From Lingula anatina (lineage: Eukaryota > Animalia > Brachiopoda): DNA of 24,934 nt. The stretch is taken from NCBI GenBank assembly GCA_051362555.1, contig CM120646.1, positions 24,276,642 to 24,301,575 of the forward strand. Reading direction: 5' to 3'. This document shows, piece by piece, positions 1 through 9,847 of this stretch. A program made the position numbers and the translations under genes. Numbering within the stretch: position 1 is the first letter of the stretch; each line of letters starts with the position of its first letter. Below the pieces are notes generated by a model. That model worked only from the letters and a program-made list of their open reading frames with translations. It ran no database searches and was not told where the DNA came from.

Positions 1-61
1 CAAATTACCTGAATATCACTGCGAAGTGGGCCTCCACGACTCCCGTACCCACGATAGCCAG
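1..61 (+). CDS. SLC5 sodium:solute symporter, internal exon (5'-partial), last extracellular loop
   Basis: Frame from base 3 reads NYLNITAKWASTTPVPTIA, with an N-I-T sequon in a T/P-rich loop. Donor AG|GTGAGA at 61/62, phase 2, joins the exon at 665 in frame. Confidence 0.8.
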
Positions 62-281
62 GTGAGAGACAAAAAATTTACACATTCTGTAATTATGTTT
101 TCAAAGAAATAAATGAATAATATCCCCAAAAACAGTTGTTTTGTTAGCACTACTGTAGCTAGAAATGATAAATCTTGGAAAAAGTAAAATAATGGAATGT
201 GTTAGGTGTTCGAGTTTTAATTTTGTTTTAGAGTAAGTTACCCAGCCTACCCAACTACCAGACTCGGCACTGAATGATCCC

Positions 282-509
282 GAATTTACCGGTAGATTGG
301 ACCACACTCCCCGTTTTCAAGGTGTGCGTCAGCACGCATTTGGCAGTAACAGTATCATACCCGGAACAAATTTTGAGCTGAGATGCACTACTTTCCAACC
401 CCGCTGAGAATCCTCACTATCACACTTATCACACCGTGTACTAGACAAGGTCGGTGTCGCGTCTGATACCTTGAAAACGGGTAGTGTGGTCCGATCTACA
501 GGTGAATTC
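282..509. mobile_element. MITE-like element with 42-bp inverted repeats (SLC5 intron)
   Basis: 282-323 GAATTTACCGGTAGATTGGACCACACTCCCCGTTTTCAAGGT matches the reverse complement of 468-509 at 38/42; no clear TSD. Confidence 0.75.
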
Positions 510-664
510 CCCCCCCCCCCCCCCACAACCATGGACTCTACAACCATGTTTGCCTGTCAAATGATTTAAGTTATTTGTGAGCTACAATGCATTTTGTTTT
601 TGCGTCGTACATGCACATTAGGGATGAGATGTTTGTTGAAGCGCCGTATTTGTTTCTGTTTCAG

Positions 665-765
665 TGAGGGTTTGAACGGTCTTTATAGTATCTCTTACCA
701 ATACAATGGCTGCATTGGCATGGCAACCGTCGTCGTGGTGGGACTTATTGTCAGTTTTATAACAG
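665..765 (+). CDS. SLC5 symporter (SLC5A5/6/8/12-like), last TM helix exon
   Basis: Acceptor tttctgtttcag; reads (S)EGLNGLYSISYQYNGCIGMATVVVVGLIVSFIT(G); donor AG|GTAAC. Matches the Y-x-I-S-Y...G-L-I-V-S-x-x-T-G terminal helix of SMCT/SMVT/NIS transporters. Confidence 0.92.
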
Positions 766-1000
766 GTAACATATCAAGTAACACTAATTTGACAGACAAA
801 TTTAACGTCATTTCCATGGAATAAAAATGAATAATAATAATAATAATGATAACTGACAGTCACTGATGCAAGAGAACTGTTACAGTTTAACCTGGCAATT
901 TTTATTATCTTTTTTTGAGTACCTTTGTGTTTTTTTCTATTTCTTCCTTCATATTTTTTCTTTCATTATGTTTGCTCTTTATCTCCAACTTAAAAATCAG

Positions 1001-1125
1001 GCGCAGAAAAGATCGAAGACGCAGACCCTAAACTTATGATGCCGATATTTGATTGGTTGTTCTGTTGCTTGCCAAGGAAATGCTCTCGTGCACTTAGCTG
1101 TGGTATTGACTACGATAAAACAAAG
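1001..1125 (+). CDS. SLC5 symporter, cytoplasmic C-terminal exon
   Basis: Acceptor aatcag; phase 1; reads GAEKIEDADPKLMMPIFDWLFCCLPRKCSRALSCGIDYDKTK, with the DP-x-L-x-x-P...CCLP...CG pattern typical of this subfamily; donor AAG|GTGGGA. Confidence 0.9.
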
Positions 1126-1200
1126 GTGGGAATTCGATCATTACCTCTTGGTGTATTGTGCTCAGGGTGGATTTATGTAGCCATGTTTTGCTTATATTTA

Positions 1201-1441
1201 GGGATCACCCATTCTCATCATCATTTTCACAAGTCAACAAACCGTACGCTGGAAGGGGGGGGAGGGGGGTTAAAGCCAACTGTACGCTTTTGAAAAAATA
1301 AAGAAAAATGATGTTCCAAATTGCTATCAAAGGTAATCATTTTTAGCTTTTCACAATGTAATCTGTGAAAGAATGGGGGAGGAGTGGAAAAATCCTACGC
1401 TCTGTAGACTTGTGAAAATGAGGATAAATATGCATGAACCG
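1201..1441. mobile_element. PIF/Harbinger-like MITE with TTA target-site duplication
   Basis: Flanked by TTA (1198-1200, 1442-1444); 1221-1239 TCATTTTCACAAGTCAACA vs 1403-1421 is inverted at 18/19; degenerate GGGATCACCCAT / ATGCATGAACCG termini. Confidence 0.7.
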
Positions 1442-2108
1442 TTATATTTGATATGTGCATCTTAGCCCATAAACGTAATAACGAAATTTTGTCCATGGGG
1501 ATGTTAACCGAAAGGAGGACCGTTAGAGCTGCCTTGCCTAGCTACATGGGGGTACAGTATGTCGATAAGAATAAGGACAGTCGAGTTACTGTTATACAGC
1601 CAAACACGTCTTGGCATTTCGTCATTTTCTTTGCTATTAATATCGCCATTGACGTGTAGGCTACACACCTCGTTTAAAACATGGATGGAAAAATGTATTA
1701 TTTTATGTTCTCTAACTTTTGAGAATGATTCTTGGATTAAAATGAGTCATGGATTAAAAAAAATTGTTGTTTTTTGTTTTTCACGCATTGACATTTTAAG
1801 GTGTGATTTGCATTGAACCCCCTAACCCAATGCTAGTTACATTTTCTGAATGCCTTCAGTTAAAGTGCTTACATAATAAAAAAATTGGTTATTATTACGC
1901 TGTTTAAATTATGTAATATTACATCAAATATGACAAAGAAATGACATTAATATTTCGTGCACTTAATATTTAGATTGGTTGTTCATCGCTTGTATATTGT
2001 TTAAATGTAACTGCTTCTATCAGTTCTGACATTTACCATTGTGTATGTATTTCGATTTGGCAGCTTTGTTGCATTGTTGAAATACCCGTGTGCCTTGAAC
2101 TCTTGCAG

Positions 2109-2219
2109 GAAATGAGGAAGAAAGGCGAGGATTTCTTTCCCCCTGAGAGTGACGAGTTTGTTGAGAAAGAGAACGGCATTGTCAACGAGAGCGCTACGAT
2201 CGAATCCTCGAGACTTTAA
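2109..2219 (+). CDS. SLC5 symporter, terminal coding exon
   Basis: Acceptor tcttgcag, phase 0; reads EMRKKGEDFFPPESDEFVEKENGIVNESATIESSRL*; followed by an AT-rich 3' UTR. Confidence 0.8.
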   Translation, partial: EMRKKGEDFFPPESDEFVEKENGIVNESATIESSRL

Positions 2220-2400
2220 TCCAACAAGCTCATTAATGTAGGGTGGAAATAGTGTGGTGAACCCAGGATCCAACCTAAGATCCTAGGGTGAAGATAACTG
2301 AAAAGTTCATAATATTCGTGTCTACAACTTAGATTTATTGGAGATTTATTTTTTATAAAGTAACTTGTTTCATTCTTTCGTTCTGCAATTTTTTTGTTCT

Positions 2401-2490
2401 ATGTGGTTTATTTTATAAAATGGGCCTACATTTCCATTTTTTTTGTCCTACATGTATGTGGTTTATTTCATAAAATAGGCCTACACTTCC
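2401..2490 (+). repeat. Short direct duplication (35 bp, period 55) in SLC5 3' UTR
   Basis: ATGTGGTTTATTTYATAAAATRGGCCTACAYTTCC at 2401 and 2456. Confidence 0.75.
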
Positions 2491-2801
2491 GAGAACAAAC
2501 AGATGATCGCTCCTTTTAAATATTGTTGTTCAAAAGATATTTATATATATCGTAAAGACATTCATCTTTTTGTGGGGGCTTTACATCCTGTCTACTTCTT
2601 ATCATATAGGAATAATTTACTTCTTTAAAAAAGGATATTTAATATTGTGGGGATATGACGAAGATGTTTGAACGAATGGACCGAAGCACGTAGAAAATGA
2701 ACTGATGCCAGCGCATAATACACATTTTACAGATTTTTTTAAAATAGAAGTTAGAAATTAAAAAAGGTGTACAATATTTTAAAGATATTCTCCATAGCAA
2801 C

Positions 2802-2838
2802 AATAAACTTACAAATAAACTTTTGTGTCGTAAATAAA
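2802..2838 (+). terminator. Cluster of AATAAA polyadenylation signals for the SLC5 gene
   Basis: Three AATAAA at about 2802, 2814 and 2833, with a TTTTGTGT element between the second and third; about 600 nt after the stop. Confidence 0.5.
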
Positions 2839-3481
2839 AGTTCCTAGCTCAAATTCTCTATTGCGATTAAACGCTTGTTGAATTCCGTATCTCAATTATA
2901 AGAACAGTCGATATCAAAGGAAAAAAAAGAATGAGTCGTTATGATCGCTTAACTGCCACACGCCACTTATCCCTATTGTAACTTTCTGCCTCCTACTTAA
3001 AACTCGTAAAGTCAAAAGGATCTTTAGGCCAGGCTTTCACGGTCTGTATTTGTATTGAAAACTAAAATAAAGCGAACCTTTTGACTTTTTCATCTACGCG
3101 GTTTCTGGATGAGCTCCCCTTAGACTTTTTCCTGAACGTGATTTTGCTAATAGATACAAGATAGCTAAATAATGATATTAGAAAATAGATTAATCGTTCA
3201 TCCACCCATGCGCGTCACTTATAAGGCCTTTGATGACGAGGCGTTTGTCGAGTCGGGGGGAGGGGGGGGGGGATACCAAGGAAGAGAGACTCGGGAAGAC
3301 GGAAAATAAACACCCTACATACATACCTATAATACTGCTCATTGCTGCAAACCTCACCAAGAAGTAGAAGGAATAGGCACACTGCTATGCTCACCGATAT
3401 TTGAGAACATGCTAGAAAAAGAAACATCAAAAGCAAAACGTATGAAAAACGTAAGTCTCGGGAAAAGACAAAAAGAAGTCT

Positions 3482-3536
3482 AAATGAAAATGAAAATGAA
3501 AATGGAAATGAAATGAAATGAAATGAAATGAAAATG
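3482..3536 (+). repeat. (GAAAT)n/(GAAAAT)n microsatellite
   Basis: Directly visible tandem units. Confidence 0.9.
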
Positions 3537-3659
3537 CTGAAAATTTTAATTTGCTGTTGTGTTTTCGCATATTCCATTTTATCATTTGAATCAGCGCTAT
3601 TAGATCGTAATCCCCATTTGAAAAATAATCATAATGTTTCTATATAACTACATTATCGG

Positions 3660-4110
3660 TGATTCTCTCCCACGTGTTGGCCCTACTCACTATTTACCTG
3701 AGATACCGGCTAGGTCACATGGAAAGTAGGACACTTACGTTGACTCTGATTGGTTGACGTATGTCAAAGGTCATATCAGATGGGAATCGGCTGATTGATG
3801 CTCCCTGATTAACGCTGAGCTTATTTGGCGAGATCAACTTGAGTAAGGTGAGACACTTTTCTCCATTTCCAAATATGTGCAATACTTTTTCGCCATAGCA
3901 TGTTGTAATTTGTGTCATTTGTTTTATTTCTCACGAAAGTTGATTTCAAGACGCCTCTCTGCCCCGACACCTCAAAGAGTCGGTCTGATGAGGAATTTAC
4001 ATGTTTGCACGTGGGGCGGTCGTTGCTATCCAAGCATACAAAGTCAAAGTTGCTATTAATATATGCCGGCTAGGAAAACTGAATGAAGCTGGTCTTGTAA
4101 TAGGTAAACT
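3660..4110 (+). promoter_or_regulatory. Putative elovl2/5 promoter and non-coding first exon(s)
   Basis: Locally CpG-rich. E-box CACGTG 3671 and 4008; inverted CCAAT (CTGATTGG) 3746-3753; TGACGT 3755; DR1-like ATGTCA-A-AGGTCA 3761-3773; GC box GGGGCGG 4013; CAAAGTCA near 4038. Donor-like sites at 3848 (AAG|GTGAGA) and 4104 (TAG|GTAAAC). The ATG exon starts at an acceptor (5599), so a 5'-UTR exon is expected upstream. Confidence 0.55.
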
Positions 4111-4727
4111 TTGACTTGTTTGCGCCGTTTTGTGTGTTATACTTTCATATGGTCAAGTTACTAGCTGGAGTCTCGCACCACAGACGTTGATATACCTTTA
4201 TAGACACTAGCAGTCTGATTTGTTTGGGGGCTAAAATGCAATATGTGATGTTACGGGGTAATGAATTGCCGTTAGACGCTGCGATATTTTCAAGTAGTTC
4301 TTCAGCATCACTTCACTGGGGTTTATACAATCTTGACTGGTCTGTATGCCTCAATGTTCATTAGCGAGCTTCATCTGACCACCTCAGGTGTGTCTGTTAA
4401 CGCTCTCGATGTTTGTATTATTATTGGCCCCGAGGTCCTTAACTCAGACTGTCTATTCAAGTTATTGCTGGTCTCTAACTACAATCAATCGCAGCGCACT
4501 GCATATAAGGTAGGTATAATCTATAAGGCGGGTAAGGCATGTCAGAGATGAGGGGGGTTCTTTCAGGACCCTTTTCAAAGAAAAGTAAAATGAAACATTT
4601 TTTAATATTTAAATTCTAGCAGTGGCTGGAGTAGGGTATGCCTAAACAAATATAGAATGGTAAATTATGCTTTTACCTGACAGCTTGCAGAGTTCTTTCA
4701 CAAATTGTATATGTATTGCAGTGTATG

Positions 4728-4922
4728 TGAGTCAGAGGTGGACTTGACAATTTCACACTGATCAGTACACTGGCTGGTATACTTTGTACTATTGGCGATG
4801 AAGGTTGTACCCCGTATGGCGTGAGAGAAAAAATTAGGTCACAGTTCAAAAATAGACCTAAAGCACGTTGATGGCAGGCGGTCTAGTTGACTCAGTTAGA
4901 TGTACTGTACTGTGTTGACTCA
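4728..4922. promoter_or_regulatory. AP-1 site cluster in 5'-UTR intron of elovl2/5
   Basis: Perfect TGA(C/G)TCA at 4728, 4888 and 4916. Confidence 0.35.
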
Positions 4923-5638
4923 ATGCAAGAAGGTAACCGAGTGCCTTCAACAAGTTAGAAAAAAAAAGATACTGCATGAAGTCTGATATGGATAAAAGTT
5001 ATTTATCTTTTGTTTGTTTTTCACAAGCTGATGTTGTTTTGGGAGTGGATGCACTTTTGCCCAAGCAATAAAGCATTCAGATCAAAGTAATAAAAAAAAA
5101 AATCATAAATATGTTAGGAGTTTATTAATTCCCTACCCTATTGCCCTATCCAATATAATAGGAAATGAAATGTTTTAACACCATAGCTCCAATCATAACT
5201 GAGAGTGTGCTGGGGGATCAATGATTATAAAGGCCTAAATTTGGCAAAATAGTTTTTGGTACTGGCAAAGAATGTTTTAAAAGTAAAAGTTTATTTTTTA
5301 GTGTCAAAACAGTGCTTTTTCAAGCATTTACAGGAGCTGTGCAAAAGATTGCTTGAGATGTCCAAACACAAAAATTGAAATGAATACGTAGTAAATGTGC
5401 ACAAACTGAATGTACGGTTTTGATTGGGCAGGAAATGTATATCTGATAACAAAAAAAAAAAAAAAAAAAAAAAAAAGGACTAAAATATTCTTTTTAAAAT
5501 CTGTTTTGATGGATTACTATAAATGTAAACAGTTTACTCACTTTAACTTAAAGTTTAAATGATATAATATATAAGAAAATGTCTTTAATCTCTGTCAGGT
5601 CCTATATTGATTAGGGATAGCTCAGAACAATTTCCAAG

Positions 5639-5699
5639 ATGGATTTACTCATGTCTCCAGTGCAGAAAATGTTAAAAGACTATGAAACGGCCAAACGAG
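5639..5699 (+). CDS. elovl2/5: Fatty acyl elongase Elovl2/5-like, coding exon 1
   Basis: Acceptor ctgtcag at 5598; AAGATGG Kozak context; MDLLMSPVQKMLKDYETAKR; donor GAG|GTAAGT, phase 1; the split codon gives the D of the conserved DPR. Confidence 0.85.
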
Positions 5700-5748
5700 G
5701 TAAGTGGAGTTATGGAGTTATGGATGTAGAGGCACATTTGGTAATCAA

Positions 5749-5977
5749 AGACTGCATTCCCACAGATTTAGATCGATCCATCTGGGGACTCACGCTAAAT
5801 TGCTGTCAGTTCAAGAGGATAAATGTCTATAAAGCCTACCGAATCAGCTAAAGTAAAGATGATTACCCCCTAATAGCTTTACTAAGCGTGACAGACATTT
5901 AAGCCGGCCAAGTTGACAGCAATTTAGTGAGACTCCCCAGGGGGATAGATCGATCTAAATATCTGTGGGAATGGTCT
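5749..5977. mobile_element. Palindromic MITE, family A copy 1 (PIF/Harbinger-like)
   Basis: TIRs CATTCCCACAGATTTAGATCGATC / GATCGATCTAAATATCTGTGGGAATG; inner IR CTAAATTGCTGTCA / TGACAGCAATTTAG; similar to 24343-24557. Confidence 0.85.
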
Positions 5978-6350
5978 CAAAGACTATGTTGTAATATTGC
6001 ACTTGTCATTCTGCTGACATGTGGTAAAAGGCATATTGCATTTTGCACATCGAGTTAATTTTATTCTCGTTACTTAAATTGGAAATTTCATTCATTAGGT
6101 TTTGTGACATTATACTGGGGTAGCGCTAGCAATTTTTTTCCCTTAGCCAAATCACCTCATTTTTGACAATATGTTATCCAAATGGCTTTAATTTGACTAA
6201 AATTAGTCAAATCAAGCCCTTTTTGTTTAGCCAACTTAAGGCTAAAGAAGAAAGTTGTTCATTTTTAGACTTTTTTTTTTTTACTGCAAAATTTTCTGTG
6301 CTGCCAGGTCAGTATAATGAACAGTTAATAGTTTCCTTGCTATTTTCCAG

Positions 6351-6541
6351 ACCCAAGAACAAAAGACTGGCTTCTTATAGGAAATTCACCTTACAATGTC
6401 TGGCTTATCACAGTATTATATGTAGCATTTGTATACCTTGGACCAGTATTCATGAAAAACAGAAAGCCATTGCAAGTGCAAGGGTTGCTGGTAGCATACA
6501 ACATGGGTCTGGTTGTTTTGTCTGCTTACATGGTGATTGAG
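6351..6541 (+). CDS. elovl2/5: Elovl2/5-like, coding exon 2
   Basis: Acceptor tattttccag; DPRTKDWLLIGNSPYNVWLITVLYVAFVYLGPVFMKNRKPLQVQGLLVAYNMGLVVLSAYMVIE; donor GAG|GTAAGT. Canonical ELOVL N-terminal motifs DPR..W, GP..MKNR.P and YN. Confidence 0.96.
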
Positions 6542-7723
6542 GTAAGTGATATCATAAATATGTCATAGATGATGGGTGATATAATGGTTATTCGTAGCAC
6601 ACCCAGGTGGAATAAAAAAATCCACAAATGTGAACAACCTCAAAGTTTAAAAGAGGTTTGAGATTTATTTGTGTATATGAATGCATGACACATATCCGAC
6701 CTCATTTACACTATACATGTAGGACCATATTTGTGAAAGCTTTGCCAGATTGGCCATTAGCTAACAGCAAACAACTATAGATCTACATGTATATGTAGTA
6801 TTTCATTTCTCACTGAAATAAACTTTTAGGCTGGAGGTATTTTATCCAGTGAAAATACTTTGGATAAATACTTAAATGTTCTTAATTGAGTCTCGATCTA
6901 GGGTTCTCTCAAATTCAAGTTAAACATACCTTTTTTTGCCAAATTTGATATATTTGTTTTTTATCATTTGTCTTACCTTGCTGTACAGAAAGTACAAAAA
7001 GAACTTTAAAAACATGATAGTCTGTAAGAATGTCTTTTAATAATTGGTTATTAAATAAAATAAAAATTAGTTTTTGCTGGAAAATTGTTGGTAATGAATT
7101 CCATGTGATCAATACATCTCTGGCAAATCTGTTACACAAATGTTTGGCAGTGGGATTATTATTACTTTTCCTCTTCTATTTCTTTTATTACAACACACTT
7201 AATGGGATAGTAAACAGGGTTTTTGTTTTCTTGAATCCTTCAATTTTTTCTCCAGGTTGCTTTTTAGATCATTTATTTTTCTTGTATTGATAAAATAACT
7301 ATCCCTGCTCAAAAATTGCACTTCCAAGGAATGCATGTAGCTGTTTTATGTTTGAGTTTAGAACTCATTAGAGTGCTGTTCATAAGTGCTAAGACATTGT
7401 AAGGACCCCTGGAAGATTAGCACCCTCTACAAAGTGGCAGATAATTATGTGCACTTTTCTCTGATGCACAGTGCAGAAAAGTACCATCATTTATCTTGAG
7501 ACATATTTGTGAATATCTAGTGAAAAATCAATCTGTGGGCCTGGTAGAAATTAGAAGGTTAGTGAGTTGAGTGATAGTACCAAAATCCAATATAGATTTT
7601 ATTGAATTTGAAGTAACTTTGCAAATTCCTTACAAGATTTCCAAAGGCAGTTCCCTGTAAAATAGCACTCTTTGAAACAGACAACTTTTAGCTAATTTTT
7701 GGTCACTTGTTTCTTCTTTGCAG

Positions 7724-7816
7724 ATATTTTTGAGTTCCTTTGCTGCCAATTATGGCCTGCTTTGTGCAGAATACGATGTAGAAACTGTAGATGTGAACGA
7801 TCCCAAAGAGCTGAGG
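7724..7816 (+). CDS. elovl2/5: Elovl2/5-like, coding exon 3
   Basis: Acceptor ttctttgcag; IFLSSFAANYGLLCAEYDVETVDVNDPKELR; donor AGG|GTAAGA; phase 0/0; Y-x-x-x-C luminal loop. Confidence 0.93.
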
Positions 7817-8084
7817 GTAAGAAAAAGTACTATGTATTGCGTGGACCTTGATATGCCAAAACTATTTTTGAAACATATTTTTGAAAATTGTTTTTGGGCA
7901 CTAATTTATAGAAACTTAAAATCATGCATTAGTATTTGACATTTCTGTTGCAATAATTTATTGTCAAAAGAAATGTAAGCATTTTGGTAAATAAACAGTT
8001 CAGACATGAAGATTGTTTTTTGATTTTGATATTTAGCTAGGAAAGGTGTTTGCTCATAAAGTATTCAATGTTCTTTTTATCCAG

Positions 8085-8256
8085 GTTGCCAAAGTTTTAT
8101 GGTGGTACTTCTTCTCCAAAGCCATAGAACTGATGGACACTGTGTTAATGGTGTTGAGGAAGAAGAATGACCAGGTTACCTTTCTCCACTGGTTTCATCA
8201 CATCTCTATGTTAAATATATGGTGGTGGGTCATGGTGTTTGCACCAGGAGGCCTGT
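8085..8256 (+). CDS. elovl2/5: Elovl2/5-like, coding exon 4 (catalytic His box); gene is 3'-incomplete in window
   Basis: [57 protein letters not shown]: KxxExxDT, QxTFLHxxHH and the MLNIWW motif characteristic of ELOVL2/5; 172 nt; donor T|GTAAGT, phase 1. Confidence 0.97.
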
Positions 8257-8484
8257 GTAAGTTGGACCATTCACTAAGTATTTCTATGGGATCATAATGT
8301 ACAAAATTAATATTTTTGAACACAATACTTTTTGTACAAATAACTCATTATTATAATATTTTTTGTTGAAAGGGGATGAGGTAGGGCAATTGAATTATGA
8401 GAGCATAAATTTTCATCAAACACACACACACACACACAAGTATATATATAAGGATTGTGGGAGGGACCCCTATATTTGTGCTTT

Positions 8485-8639
8485 TACCCTAGGTAGATTT
8501 ATGAAAATTGAGATGATATTCATTACTGAATCCTAATGGCAGAAGGGTACATCTTTTTATCTACCCTAGGTAGATTTATGAAAATTGAGATGACATTCAT
8601 TACTGAATCCTAATGGCAGAAGGGTACATCTTTTTATCT
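8485..8639 (+). repeat. 77-bp tandem duplication, 2 copies
   Basis: Units start at 8485 and 8562 and differ at one position (GATATT/GACATT). Confidence 0.95.
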
Positions 8640-9335
8640 TAGCTTATGGAGAAGGTTTGTCACTTAAATTTAAGTTCAGTGGAAATACCACATGAATGCA
8701 GGTCGCAGGGGTTTTGGGTAGGAGGTTCCTTCATTTACTGTGGGTCATGGAAGACAGCTGCATATTGTACTGTGTATTATTTAATATCAGATGCTTGTCA
8801 CCTGTGTGCAATATGTCATTCTCATTCATTCACTTGAAGCTTGACACATGTGGCTATAATACCTGCAAAGTGGATCTTAACAGCAAGTAATTTCAAAAAC
8901 ACCTGAGGGGCTGACGGGTTTTCAAAGCAGATAGCATATTATTTGCTCATGGCATAATAAACCAGTAAGACATGCTTTAAATCTACAGTGTGCCAGATAA
9001 GATGACAGCCAGGTACATAGACATTTATAGTTGTACATTTTGTCTGGGTTCTTTTCTATAAACAGCTTAATGCACATAAAATATATCTTTGTCAAAAGCT
9101 ACAATGATTAAGTAAAAAATTATCAGTGGCATAAATGTTCTATGAGAGTATGAAAACATATATGTGCAAAATACGGTATACATGGCCTTGATGACAACGA
9201 TTAGTTACCAAACAAAAATTATAATTAAAATATGATTTCATGCCCTAAAGACCTATAAATACCCAATTATTCCCTACAATCACAATGCTTTTGAACAAAT
9301 ATAATATCTCTTTCTTATATAATTAGTACTTGTAC

Positions 9336-9450
9336 AGGGATGGGACTGAATTTTGAAAATTTGGCGTGGGGTCCAGGGGGCTGCTGAGGCCCTCTACAGG
9401 GTCCAGGGGCAGAGGCATGGACGAAATTTACCCCTACCCCCCACCCCCAG
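9336..9450. mobile_element. Fragment of GC-rich interspersed repeat (GGGTCCAGGGG type)
   Basis: Two GGGTCCAGGGG motifs in a GC-rich patch inside AT-rich DNA; recalled as a common marine-invertebrate non-autonomous element core, not verified. Confidence 0.45.
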
Positions 9451-9847
9451 AGTCTTAATTGTAGATCTGCATCAATCTCAAAAGTCTGGGAAAATCTCAT
9501 CCCTGCTTATCCTATATTTATTTTTGCAAGTCAAGTTATTCTGAGGATTAGTCTTGAGTAATTGTTGTATCCTGGGGGGCTGAACTCCTTAGCCGTCTTA
9601 ATTTTTGCTTCAAGATCAACAGTGAACATTGCTAAACTCCCAGCAGGTGCATAAAATGCACACCTGACCATATTTTTTCTAAATGAAGTCATCTCATCTT
9701 AGATTTCATAGAAATGATATTTAGTTTTAGAAACTTAACAGTATTTACAATACTCTATTTGTATCCAAAATTGTCCCCAGGATTTGGGGCCTGTCTAGCC
9801 AACAATGTGTGTTTGGGTGTTAGGACTCACAATGAAGGTGAATAAAA

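Noticed and set aside
2208-2216. -SRL as peroxisomal PTS1
   Set aside because: PTS1 applies to soluble matrix proteins, not a multipass transporter; PDZ ligand is the better reading.
3215-3577. 120-aa hydrophobic minus-strand ORF
   Set aside because: Produced by the GAAAT microsatellite and purine-rich low complexity.
3985-4030. CTGATGAG hammerhead ribozyme core
   Set aside because: No stem II followed by GAAA at a workable distance.
5451-5476. Poly(A) tract as a retroposon tail
   Set aside because: No recognisable SINE/LINE body or TSD adjacent.
6184-6218. Hairpin ATTTGACTAA-AA-TTAGTCAAAT
   Set aside because: AT-rich and likely the centre of a decayed MITE; element boundaries could not be defined.
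8696-8890. ORF containing SFSFIH, resembling the ELOVL NSFIH motif
   Set aside because: No MYxYY or WWK follows and no suitable splice sites.
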